Assembly (NCBI RefSeq): GCF_001194135.2
Contig: NC_068990.1
Span: 24,487,171 to 24,551,170, forward strand
DNA from: Octopus bimaculoides
Taxonomy: Eukaryota
DNA: 64,000 bases
Reading direction: 5' to 3'
Part shown: positions 52,071 to 64,000 of the stretch, piece by piece
How positions within the stretch are numbered: the stretch's first letter is position 1
Layout of the letters: each line of letters opens with the position of its first letter
Translations under genes and position numbers: made by a program
Notes under the pieces: generated by a model
The model's input: the letters and a program-made list of their open reading frames with translations, nothing else
Databases searched by the model: none
Told to the model about the DNA's origin: nothing

Positions 52071-52659
52071 CTGCCCAAAAGAAAGTTTTAGTTGAATGAA
52101 TCGACCCCAGTGCATATTTTTCAAACCTGGTACTTATTCTGTCGCTATCTTTTGCCGGACCGATGGTGGGAAACAAGCACAGACACAAAGACACACTCAC
52201 GCACACAAATACATATACATATAAATTCAAAATAATGGAATGGAGTAGATAAAATCCAGGCTTCATATATTTCATAGCTAGGAGAACCTCAGAAGTAGTA
52301 ATAGTCCAAACGAGTGGTAATCCCTACCTACTCGTCAGACCAAAATGACCTTATTCAAATGAACGCATACATAGCAACCTCAGCTGCTAAGCTATAAAAC
52401 AATTTTTCAGCTTATCAAACTTCGACATGGGAAAATTTATATCTGTCTACGTCAATAAACCACTATTGTTCCTGAAAGTTTTTTTTTTTTTTTTACCTTC
52501 TACGGCAAAAGTTGCAAGACGCAACGAACCTTTTACAGAAATAAATAAGTGAATGAGTGGATATTTTACTGGTGAGCGTGTTAGAATATAAGGCCATAAA
52601 AGAGAATGACTCTCCCCAGACACAACTGTATTTATATTTGTATATTTATATATATATAT

Positions 52660-52775
52660 ACAAGGCTTTCGTCAGCCTGAGACTATAGCCGCAAATATTA
52701 GACCAAGGTACCATGCAGTGCGACTGAACCCGGAAACATGTGGTTAGGAAGCAAGCAAGCTTCTTACCACACGGT
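52660..52775 (-). mobile_element. SINE family B head fragment
   Basis: caaggtaccatgcagtgcgactgaacccggaaacatgtggttaggaagcaag. Confidence 0.8.
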
Positions 52776-52808
52776 CAGGTACACACACACACATGTATAC
52801 ATACATAC

Positions 52809-52848
<40 letters not shown>

Positions 52849-53643
52849 ACACACAAATACAAACATTTTGTTTTTTATTTTTTCTTCTTTTGATGAAGTT
52901 TTTTGTCTTATCTGTAGGCCCGTCACAACCACGGAGACGAAATTCGGTTTTATTTATGACCCCATCAGCCGAGTTTAGCATTCTTCTGCTGTGCTTGAAG
53001 TTGTACTTTTTTTACGTTTGTCATACATTTTTCTACATTTTTTCATCCTAGGATTATTTACATAATTATAATTAAAAGCTACTGAACAAATTAATTCAAA
53101 GTAGCCAATGACATGAATTTGAATAAATAAGCGGTTGTGTTTTGAATACCATACACATATTTTTTTTTTAATTTATTGAAAATTTTACTCTGAGTCAGAG
53201 AGTTGAAGCAAAAACTTTTAAGTACGCAAATGCTCTTGCTTATCTAACATATAAACCCATATATAAACCAACGGATGAATCTATTCCAATTTCGAGAAGT
53301 AATTTCCTCTTCCATTTCAAAGTCAGTAATGATGACTGTAAGGTTTTGGGGATTTTCTGTTAGCCACAGGGAGAAATTACATTAGATCATAATTCTCTTT
53401 TATCGTCTTCTATAACGTGTATTTGCATGCATTCTTGTTATCAGTGCTTTTGTATGTATGTGTATAAGTATGTGTGTATGTCTATGTATGTATGTATGTA
53501 TGCATGGATGGATGGATGGATGATTGTATATCATTGTATCGATCAGATTATGGGATGTTGTTATACACTGCTGGTTACAATGCGCTTCTATGAATTGTTG
53601 TAGCTTTCGAATGATGCCACTTTGCGGGCTAAGCGGGCAAGTA

Positions 53644-53747
<104 letters not shown>

Positions 53748-54317
53748 AAAAGTATGTATGTATAAACAGTGAGGGGAAACTAGGAGGAGTTGCACAGGAA
53801 TTTGTGGAAATCTGAGTTTGATGAGCTGTGACTCAACAACCATTCGCGTCGAAACCCATAATCAAGACTACGCCAAAATCGAATAACCGAGCAGTTTAGT
53901 TGATACACGGAATATGTGTCTCACAAACGCCATAGGAGGAAGGTGATGGCGAAACCAGAGCAGTCGTCAATTTTACAATCTGCCACTACTTACAGTGGTT
54001 TATGTTTCTAACTTGCATTGGTCGGTTATAGTTGTATGAAGTGAGCAATTTGAGAGTTGCTCGTAATGTGCCACGAGCAGTGGATAAGGCAATGGAACAG
54101 GAATAACCACATTACTCGCTTCATGTTGTGTTATTATATAAAGTTTGCTTGTCAGAAGATCTTCCTCTCTCAGCTTCATCCGTAATAGTCTATTGCAAAT
54201 TACCTTAATATGTGTGCATGGAGAGATTTACCTAGTTAAACTCAGTAATCAATCATTTTAAGATTAAATACCATTATCAAGATATAGAACAAGAAGCGTT
54301 AGAACGGTATCCTCATG

Positions 54318-54520
54318 TATAACAGATGCTGAAAGGCCTCACGAAAGGCCTCGTCGGAGGCCTAACTTTCCGACTTCTTTTACAGGTCTTAGAAAACTGA
54401 AGGACTGCTGCAATAAGTGTGTGAATCTGAGAGGGAAATATATTGAATGCAATCATAATTTACTGATCCTCCTGTGTTTTTTTTTATCCAAACCCAGAAC
54501 ATTTTCAGCACCCCTTCGTA
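54318..54520 (+). mobile_element. Mariner MITE family 1, second copy (left TIR degraded)
   Basis: ttcttttacaggtcttagaaaactgaaggactgctgcaataagtgtgtgaatctgagaggg...ttttcagcaccccttcgta aligns with 4856-5008. Confidence 0.85.
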
Positions 54521-55241
54521 TATAAAGTTTGATTGTCAGAATCTCTCCCGTTCAGCTACATTCGTAGCCAAACTTACAATGTTCCATTGCAAACTACCTT
54601 AATGCGTGTGTATGATTACTACTTAATCATTATAATCAGCCATTTTTAGGATTGAATAATTATGTTAAGTTATAAAAAAGAGACGTTAGAACTGTATCCT
54701 TGTGTTTCTTTGTATGCTGTCTAGATTAGGGTCTGTGATGCGAAACCATGGTTTTACGATCACGAGTACAACACCCTAACCATTACGCCACGCACCGTCT
54801 AGTAACCGTTTTCTAGATTTCTTCAAGTTAAAACTGTTATTCTTAGAAAAAAATACTGCGATAATTGGAAAATTGGAATTACTTTCAAAAGAACAGTTTC
54901 AATATTTAGCTTACTCATTTCTGGAATTGCAGAGATATTAAAACATCATTAAGTAATCTTATGAAATGATCGATAACGATCAATATATGTGTCTATATGC
55001 ATAGCATTTAAATTTTGTTGCCTTTCTTTGTTTATTGTTTGTTTACTGTTGTTGATTTCTTTAATCCACCAACTAATTATTTTCAATGTAATTTCAAATA
55101 TTCCTAATTAATTTAATAAACATTATTTCCTCTTGCAGCAATAGAAGAGGCTTGTGCTTACATACATACGTACGTACATACATACATACATACACACATA
55201 TATACATACATATACACAGGACACACACGTACACATATATT

Positions 55242-55301
<60 letters not shown>

Positions 55302-55724
55302 GTGTTTGGTCGTGTGTATAATTATGTGTATATGAGTATGAATGTGTGTAAATCTGGCTGACAAACCATGTGAAATAGATGTGATGTTTGTGAAGATTGA
55401 AGAGTTCACTTAAATAGCAGATGCAATTCAAATAAACATATATAAATAAATAAATGTATGTGTGTGTGTGTGTGTGTCTGTGTGTGTGTGTGTGAGTGCA
55501 CACACTGTTAAAGTACATATCTGTTGAGTTTCCATATCAATCGTTCTTGGGTAATTTTTAAATTAAAATTACTCGCATTCGAACACGCTAGAGGTAGTTT
55601 AACTTACCCGTATGAAAGAATGTTTGCCAACGTATAATACATTTATTCCGTACATTTCACTGCCTTTCTTTGAACACCTTACGGCCTATGCATAATATGT
55701 GTACGATAACAGAAGATTCTCTTA

Positions 55725-55895
55725 AATTGGTTTCAAATTTTGGCATAAGACCAGCAATTTAGTACTTATTTCATTGACCCCGAAAGGATGAAAGCAAAAT
55801 CGATCTCGACGGCATTTGAAATCAGAACGTAAAGACGAACGAAATATCTCTAAGCATTTTACCGGCTCGCTAATGATTCTGCTAGCTCGCCGCCT
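55725..55895 (-). mobile_element. SINE family A
   Basis: gaccccgaaaggatgaaagc..gatctcgacggcatttgaaatcagaacgt..gctagctcgccgcctt. Confidence 0.9.
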
Positions 55896-55915
55896 TAAAA
55901 GTTCGCTTAACTCAC

Positions 55916-56050
55916 TGCAGGTAATGAGACGCAACGTAGAAGACGAAACATAAGCATATGTACCAGGAGGGCAATGGTACTGACGCAAATTCATTGCACA
56001 GGTACTCGCTGTAGTCTTCCTCTTGGTCTTATTGTTTTCACACAGAATCT
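55916..56050 (-). CDS. Candidate exon, GC-richer unique segment
   Basis: Donor tgca|gtgagt at 55916/55915. One frame reads ..STCAMNLRQYHCPPGTYAYVSSSTLRLITC. Another reads DQEEDYSEYLCNEFASVPLPSWYICLCFVF. The acceptor is poor. Confidence 0.25.
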
Positions 56051-56089
56051 TTCTATATTTCTAATTAGTTGTTAGTGATATATTTAGAT

Positions 56090-56245
56090 GCAAGGGTGGC
56101 TGTGTAATAAGAAATTTGCTTCCCAATCACGTGGTTCCGGATTCAGAACCCCTGCGTGACACCTTGTGCAAGTGTTTTCTATTATAGCCTAGGACTGACC
56201 AAAGTCTTGCGAGCTGATTTGGTAGATAGAAACAGTACGGAAGCC
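56090..56245 (+). mobile_element. SINE family B, 5' half
   Basis: gtggctgtgtaataagaaatttgcttcccaatcacgtggttccggattcag..gacaccttgtgcaagtgttttctattatagcc. Confidence 0.85.
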
Positions 56246-57509
56246 AGCATATATATGTATCCTCATTCTAACTGATATGCATGCATATATACATACATAC
56301 ATATGCACCTATACATGCATATATACATGCATGCATGCATATACATACATACATACATACATACATACATACATACATACATACTTATGTATACAGTTCG
56401 TACATAGATATATTATAAATGCAATCAGCTGACACAGGCCATGCCGCAATTTTGCATTTTGGTACAAAAATTTACCGTACTAAGAATGAAGCCCTCTACA
56501 TCATCTCTCGATATAGGATAAAAAGGAGCCAAATTTCCCACAAAACATACCCAAGTTCCTTGTAAAAGTTTTGGCTGACTGAATTTGTGCTTTGTAATAG
56601 TTGAAAAACGTTGAAGTAGACACGACACGCATACTGACTTAGAGTTAAGCAACAACAAGACGACAAATCAAACAAATATTAAACATCTCATTTATAAGAC
56701 AGTGTAATGCAAGTTGCATCATGTTATATACGAACTACGCTACTTTCAGCATAAAAGTACGAAAAAAGAAAAACACATACTTCTTTGAAAAGATGAATGA
56801 CAAAAAGAAAAAAGAAAATAAGATTAGTTTCCTGGCAAAGGATAGTAATGCTTTCAGCAGTAAATTCAAGGTTTCTGTTTTTTTATATAAATATTATGAA
56901 ATCTTAATTAATTCCCTGAATGCTTTTTGCTTGATAATCCATGTTTTGTTTGTTGCTTTCTTCTCTTTATATTTTTGTTCTCTTACAATTATGGATCCTA
57001 TGAGATAAACTACGGAAATTACCATAACAATATATCAATGCAATTTCCTTTTATGATGACGCATATATTTACAATTCCATATTACAGGACGAAACCAACG
57101 GCATGTAGCTATGTCAGAGAAGCTTAAATAGCAAGGAGCTCCTCGTGAAATGTGATCACATCAATGGAGTCTCTCTGTTCTCTCAAACAACGCCATGTTA
57201 ATAGATTCTTTGCTGTCTCCTTTATCATTTCAACATAGCAACGAATGAAATGTGATTTCAAAATGGTGACTAGTCGGCTTTTTCTATTTTCTTTTTTGAT
57301 AATGGAATAGTATTCCGAATTAATTTTACTGTCTACGGCTGCAATGTGGTTGTGCTGATAATAGCAATTATATATACATACATACATTTGCCTGTATATA
57401 TATACATATACATGTATTAATAAATTCCTCTATTTACATAATATCGAGGTCTCTTTCTTTTGTTGTCTTACCTTTTCTATCAATATATATATTTCTTTTA
57501 TATGTTTCA

Positions 57510-57700
57510 GTCATTTGACTAAAGCCATGCTGTGGTACCACCTTAAAGGATGTTAGTCGAATAAACCGACCTCAGGACTTATTCTTTGTAAGCCTAGTAC
57601 TTATTCTATCGGGCTCTGTTGTCGAACCGCTAGATAATGTAGACATAAACACACCAACATTAGTTGTCAAGCGATGATGGGGGACAAACACAAACACACA
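57510..57700 (-). mobile_element. SINE family B tail
   Basis: Matches 43330-43515. Confidence 0.85.
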
Positions 57701-57703
57701 CAA

Positions 57704-57794
<91 letters not shown>

Positions 57795-58604
57795 ATTTAT
57801 GGAGCTAAAAAACTGCAGATCGAGAGAAAACGGGAACAAAACCAGCGACATGCAGCTACACAGATCAAAAATTGAAAAAGATTTATTCCTTTCTCACATA
57901 GGAATAATGTAACAGGCATAGTTGTTCTTCAATTTTTTCACTGTTGTTGCCGCTACTGTAATTGCTGCTTCTGTTTAGCCTTACGCTCAGCCCTGAGCTA
58001 TTATGGAACGCTTTTTCTCCCTTTCATAATGCAAAGGACTACACTGTCCAATGTAAATCCCCTTATTGAAAGCGGAAAAGTGAGATTCTGTTGCAATTTC
58101 TGGCAGGTCGAATACCTGAATAAATTTCTTTCGCCGAAGTCTTATGTATTGTGACTGATATTTAACGCTAAGTTAGTACATCATAGATATTCAAATCACG
58201 ACCATTCCGTCCTATTTTCAAGAAAAGCGTATTCCGAAGAACTAGAAATTTCTAAATTTTCATTATAGGTAAGCAAGAAAAAAGAAACAATTAAATTCGA
58301 GAACTCTATACATTTCCTTTCTCGTAACTCAATTTTAAGTCAGATTTCTAATCCTGCCAAATACTTTTTATGAATGTTTCTCTTTCTTACACTAATTCTC
58401 CACCTTTTAACACCACGTGTTTAAAATGATCTAATATTTTCTGTATTTCAGATGGTTGACGTTTGAAGATGAGATTTGTCATTTCAGATGTTGGGTGACT
58501 GTGCAGAAGGTCACTTGTTGGCTCGCAAGGGTTAAAAGAATTAATCATCAAGGTGATTTTCGGAAGGTCATTGGATACTTGGTTCTTATGGCTTACAATT
58601 GAAA

Positions 58605-58760
58605 CTACGTTCTGAGTTCAAATTTCGCCGAGGTCGACTTTGCCTTTCATCCTTTCGGGGACTATTAAATAAGTACAAGTTACGGACTGGGGTCGATGTA
58701 ATCGACTTAACCACTTTGTCTGTCCTTGTTTGTCCCCCACTCGCAGTAAAGAAATAAATA
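58605..58760 (+). mobile_element. SINE family A, variant tail
   Basis: acgttctgagttcaaatttcgccgaggtcgactttgcctttcatcctttcggg..tgtctgtccttgtttgtcccc..aaagaaataaa. Confidence 0.9.
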
Positions 58761-59299
58761 TATTCAAGCTGGTGATTCTACATATATATATTAAGGATAA
58801 CTGAATGTTTTAATGCCAAATTGGATGAGATTTAGACAGACAAAATCACTGATTAATACGGTTGATAATTTCTAAATTTCCTTTTCGGTGAATATAAACA
58901 TACATATTTATTTTTCAACGAACACTGCACAAATCCACTAATATATATAGTCTAAAGTATATATAATTCTCGCAAAAACTATTTTGTTACTGAAAAATAT
59001 TCGTATTTTATATTTAAAAACTAAATATTACATTATTGGTCATATGATATTCAATAAATACTGTGTAGTTTTAATTTTTACTAACTCATTCGTATCTTAA
59101 GTTAAACATTACACATGTACATTTTATTAATTAAAATTTATCAATACTTTTAACTATATAAATAAACAACATTTTTTGATAGATATTTGTTTGTAATTTT
59201 ATTTAGCATATGCAATTAGCATACACACTCACAAACACATATATAGAAGCAAAAGACAAAAAAGGAAAAATTCAGGCAGTTGTAATTTTCTCTCTTTGT

Positions 59300-59342
59300 A
59301 TAGATAGATAGATAAATAGATAGATAGATAGGTGGATGGATG

Positions 59343-59429
<87 letters not shown>

Positions 59430-59575
59430 GGATGGATGGATGGATGGATGGATGGATGGATGGATGGATGGATGGATGGATGGATGGATGGATGGATGGA
59501 TGGATGGATGGATGGATGGATGGATCGCTCGATAGACAGATGGATGCATCGATGGATCGATAGATAGATACGTGA
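59300..59575. repeat. Compound (GATA)n/(GGAT)n tetranucleotide array
   Basis: Direct reading. Confidence 0.95.
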
Positions 59576-60549
59576 TGTATGCTCTTGCTGAATTTACTAT
59601 TATAGGGAAGAAAATCTCTTCTAAGTTAAGATAAATTAAAGCATACACATTTTACTTTTATTTTTTTCTCCTCCACATCATATACAGTTCTTAATTGGTT
59701 TGGTCATTGATGGCCATGCATAGCACCATTTGATCCTCCCTTCGAATCGTCAGCACGGCATAACTTGAAAGAAAGAAATTAAGCTAAATTCTACATTCTA
59801 CGAAGTTTCTGATAATGAGATAATAGTTGATAGTTTATAACAAAAAGGGGCATGTTTGATTATTTTTCCTCTTTTTTTTCTTCATCTTAAGTCGTAAAAT
59901 ATTTTGCTTAATAATGGTTTCGCAGCAAAGAAATTCGTTTCGTAACCACCTGACTTCGGTTTTATTCCATTCAGCATCATTTTTAAAATGCTTAGTTAAC
60001 ATAATAACCTCGCATCGTAGAAAGTAAGTCATTTCAATATTTCATCATTTTTTAGCTTTCCCTGAAAACAGTTACCATATCGGAAGTAGATTGTTTCCAG
60101 GTCAAAAGTGAAATCATCTTCCTACGGAATATAATCATTAATGAACGAATGTCGTTACAAAATTATTATGAAGTTATTACAAAGCATCTAATATGACATC
60201 GGTATTACTAAAGCTTCGATTTACGAAAGATTTTAATTATATTCCTAAGTAACGAGAGCAAAGCTTGGTTATTAACTCTCCCAATTGTATCGGGTATTAA
60301 TAGAAGAGATTTAGAATGATTAATATTAAATGCAAGAGACACAATTACTTTCCGGTAAAATTATGTTGTATATACCATTTGACGTTGGCGGGATTGTGGT
60401 GAGTGTGAGTTTGTGAAATTCGATAAAGAGTCGCATTGAGCGGATAAATAGACACGGAAACGTACAAAGGAATTTGTTGCATGTAATAGTCATTGCAAAC
60501 ATATCTTTACCAGGCAAAAATATCCTATATGAAAGTCAAGCAGATTATT

Positions 60550-60705
60550 TAATATAGGGTTTAAATTCTGGCACAAGACTAGCAATTTCGAAGCAGGGGT
60601 AAGTCAGTTACATCGGCCCCAGTACTCAACTGAACTGGTACTTATTTTTTCGACCCGAAAGGATAAAAGGCGAAGTCGACCTCGGCGGAATTTGAACACA
60701 GAACA
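60550..60705 (-). mobile_element. SINE family A
   Basis: ttcgacccgaaaggataaaaggcgaagtcgacctcggcggaatttgaacacagaac. Confidence 0.9.
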
Positions 60706-61633
60706 TCTCATTCTCTCTCTTTATATATANNNNNNNNNNNNNNNNNNNNNNNNNNNNNNNNNNNNNNNNNNNNNNNNNNNNNNNNNNNNNNNNNNNNNNN
60801 NNNNNNNNNNNNNNNNNNNNNNNNNNNNNNNNNNNNNNNNNNNNNNNNNNNNNNNNNNNNNNNNNNNNNNNNNNNNNNNNNNNNNNNNNNNNNNNNNNNN
60901 NNNNNNNNNNNNNNNNNNNNNNNNNNNNNNNNNNNNNNNNNNNNNNNNNNNNNNNNNNNNNNNNNNNNNNNNNNNNNNNNNNNNNNNNNNNNNNNNNNNN
61001 NNNNNNNNNNNNNNNNNNNNNNNNNNNNNNNNNNNNNNNNNNNNNNNNNNNNNNNNNNNNNNNNNNNNNNNNNNNNNNNNNNNNNNNNNNNNNNNNNNNN
61101 NNNNNNNNNNNNNNNNNNNNNNNNNNNNNNNNNNNNNNNNNNNNNNNNNNNNNNNNNNNNNNNNNNNNNNNNNNNNNNNNNNNNNNNNNNNNNNNNNNNN
61201 NNNNNNNNNNNNNNNNNNNNNNNNNNNNNNNNNNNNNNNNNNNNNNNNNNNNNNNNNNNNNCTCTGTCTCTTCTTCTCTCTCTTTATCTATCTGTCTTTT
61301 CTCCATCCTTTGTTATTAATTTTCTCGTCTTTCTTGATTATTTTGAAACCTCTTTCTCTGTTCCTCCCACCGCTTTGCTTTTCAATCTCTCTCTCCCCTT
61401 TCCACCCCTAAAAAACAACAAATACAGTATTCTCCTCTACTAAACAAAGCAAATAAAAAAACAAAAAAACATCTGGTTCATATAAATGAACAATGGAACG
61501 TTCGGTTTCTACCATATTGATTTTGATTTTGTCTCGACGACTTCGCAAACAAACGAATACGCTAATGAAAGATTATCCAAAATTCTGACTGCCTCCATTT
61601 TCTCAATACACACACACACACATATACACACAG

Positions 61634-61671
<38 letters not shown>

Positions 61672-61860
61672 TAGTGAGGTGACGTGAAATAAAATGTCTT
61701 GCTCGAGGACATAACGCGCCACCTGGTATCGAACGTCGTGAGACGAGTATCCTAAACATTAAACTACTCGCCTTTATATACAAAGATGCACGCACACGCG
61801 CGCGTGAATATAGATGTATATGCGTGCATATATATATATATATAAGGTAAGTGGGTAGTT

Positions 61861-61946
61861 AAGAAGGAGTTATATGCCCTGGCTTCTTGCCATTCTGTGT
61901 ACAGCCCTTGTGGCTAATATAAATGAAATAAAGAAGGAGTTATATG
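61861..61946 (+). mobile_element. 54-bp 5'-truncated retroposon end flanked by a 16-bp target-site duplication
   Basis: aagaaggagttatatg at 61861-61876 and 61931-61946. The insert ends ..cagcccttgtggctaatataaatgaaata. Confidence 0.7.
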
Positions 61947-63924
61947 AGCGTGTATGGTAATCAGGAATTCAGATTTACAATCCAAATGTTTTACGGCCAA
62001 ACTCATATTCAGGCATATGTGGGAGAGATGTAAATAAGGACGTACTATTATATGTGTATGTGTATGTGTCTATGCATATATTATGAATGCGGGTGTCTCT
62101 TTGAACGCGTATATATGTTGTGTTTGTATACATCATATATATATTTATACACATATACATACATACATACATACTTACATATATGCGTCTTTCTAGTTAA
62201 CGTCCTATTGTTTGAAACTATTTCCGTAAGTTTGTTTAAATGCTACCATTACAATACATTGACTTATATCTTGTTTCGAGGGTGGAGTAAAAATGTTACT
62301 TTTTCCAGGTTCGTGATACCGCTACTACTGCTGATGATGATGATGACGATGACTAGGAGGAGGAAACGAAATAAGAAGAGGGCGTGGGTGGTGGTGCAGG
62401 ATGGGTGGTGGTGCAGGATGGGTGGAGAAGGGGATGGTAGGGAGGACGGTGATGATTATGGCGACGTAGATGTCAAGGACAATGATGATGATGATGATGA
62501 TAGTGCTGGTTTTCCTTTGCTTCTGTGTTTTTGCTTTTTTCTATTGGTTCTGCTCTAAATTTTCAAAATAACAGCTTGTCTCATTTTACATTTGTGTTTT
62601 TCAATGTAGTATTTCCTGGTATAAAATGATTAAAAAAATAATAAAACATTAAAAATACATTATTAATCCAAAATATAGGTTTTCAACAAAGATTACTATA
62701 GGACGGTAATGGAAGGCAGCAAAGATGTTATGCCAGTTGACCAAATATTGTTTGTGTCAGTCTTAAAATAGTACATATATTCGGTGCCCTTGAAGCTGTA
62801 ACGCTACACATTTGTGATCAGTTGTATATTATTTACTTTAACCGATTTGGCAAATTGCCTTATTTACCGGGAAAAGGTCGGTTCAGTCTGACCGAAATGC
62901 CATTCAGACAATTACCAGTAGAACGGATGCTCAGTTATTTATTAAATAAAATTAGCAAATTGTATTGTTAATTCAGTCGAAGATAATACACACCCGTGAA
63001 TTATTTCTTTCTTTCTTCTGAGTTTGAGTTTCGATAATTATGTATATATGAGCAAATAGTGTGATAGTTTGATATCAAAAGTCAATAATAATAGGGTGGT
63101 GGGTCGAAAATTACACAGTGCTTTCGATATAATGGATGCTGAGGACGGAAATATAGAATAGATATTTACTTTCAATCGCAGACGAAGAATGTGGATTTTT
63201 CAACTGTACTAGAGTAAGCCGTGACGAAATCTTTAATATTTTCCTTGAAATACTTTTATGGTGAAAAAGCGAATAATAAAAATGGGGAAATGGCGCCGTG
63301 AAACTACGATTCTTCTCCCGATTGCTATATTACTAAACACTCTATGAAGAAGAAAAAGAAAGGAAGTTTAACAGAAACAAAAAGACACACATTAAAGTCT
63401 ACGTGGCTGTAATTCTTTTTCATCTGTGAGAATTGTCTCGCTTCGTAAAATGTTTAATTTCATTTCATTTATTTGCCTCAAATTATACCATTCTGGCGAT
63501 TTTTAGTAAGAATGAAATGGTGCTAGACATGACAGCCTATAGCGAGACAGTTCAAGCATATTGTAATGAGTAATCCAAAAGATAAAAATTTCAATATGTA
63601 TAATCTATAGATTTTCTTCCTTATTCTGCAAATTTAAATTTCAAAAATCTAACGCCGCCAAATATCATACAGAAATTATTATCTCCCTTACATTAATTGG
63701 GCTCCGGGGAGCACAACATGTGTGAACTTATTTAATAATACATATTCTAAGATTAAATTTCCCCACTAAAGCACTCCTTTTATTTAATTTGCAGTTATCG
63801 GAGTTAATAAGGGAAACATCTTGACTATAAAATTGTAATTACAAGAACATTTTCGCAATTTCGGAGTTGCTTTTATTTGCTTTTAAGAGTGTAGAACGAT
63901 AATCCTTATTGTATATATTACAGA

Positions 63925-64000
63925 TCTTTACTCTTTGAGTTCAAATCTCACCAATGACACCTCTGTCTTTCATCTTTCTGGCTCAATAAAATAAACTACC
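63925..64000 (+). mobile_element. SINE family A fragment running off the window
   Basis: tactctttgagttcaaatctcacc..ctttcatctttctggctcaataaaataa. Confidence 0.65.

Noticed and set aside
53825-53870. Hammerhead-like TTGATGAG...CGAAAC
   Set aside because: Stem II does not pair properly and no cleavage triplet or stem I can be built.

Overview
AT-rich, repeat-dense animal genomic DNA. It has many (TA)n/(CA)n/(GA)n/(GATA)n microsatellites and about a dozen N gaps, most flanked by microsatellites. The SINE families resemble those I recall from octopus, so an Octopus draft assembly is likely (inferred, not proven). I cannot recognise any complete or nameable host gene. Nearly all long ORFs in the track are artefacts of microsatellites or gaps. 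The supportable content is a layered transposon landscape. (1) Three tRNA-derived SINE families, about 35 copies or fragments in total. (2) Decayed non-LTR retrotransposons: CR1/L2-group 3' end, RTE pieces, an R4/Dong-like RT, and a CRE-like restriction-like endonuclease. (3) Penelope-like GIY-YIG fragments and 3' tails. (4) Two decayed mariner transposases and two MITE types. (5) A Helentron/DINE-1-like non-autonomous element. The most unusual object is a palindrome of about 415 bp (9965-10379). It is made of two head-to-head copies of a tRNA-headed element whose tail carries a Penelope-type minimal hammerhead ribozyme motif. The window also shows several templated or inverted duplications and a few exon-like segments that may belong to an unidentified Cys-rich minus-strand gene. 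No CRISPR array, rRNA or intact tRNA was seen.
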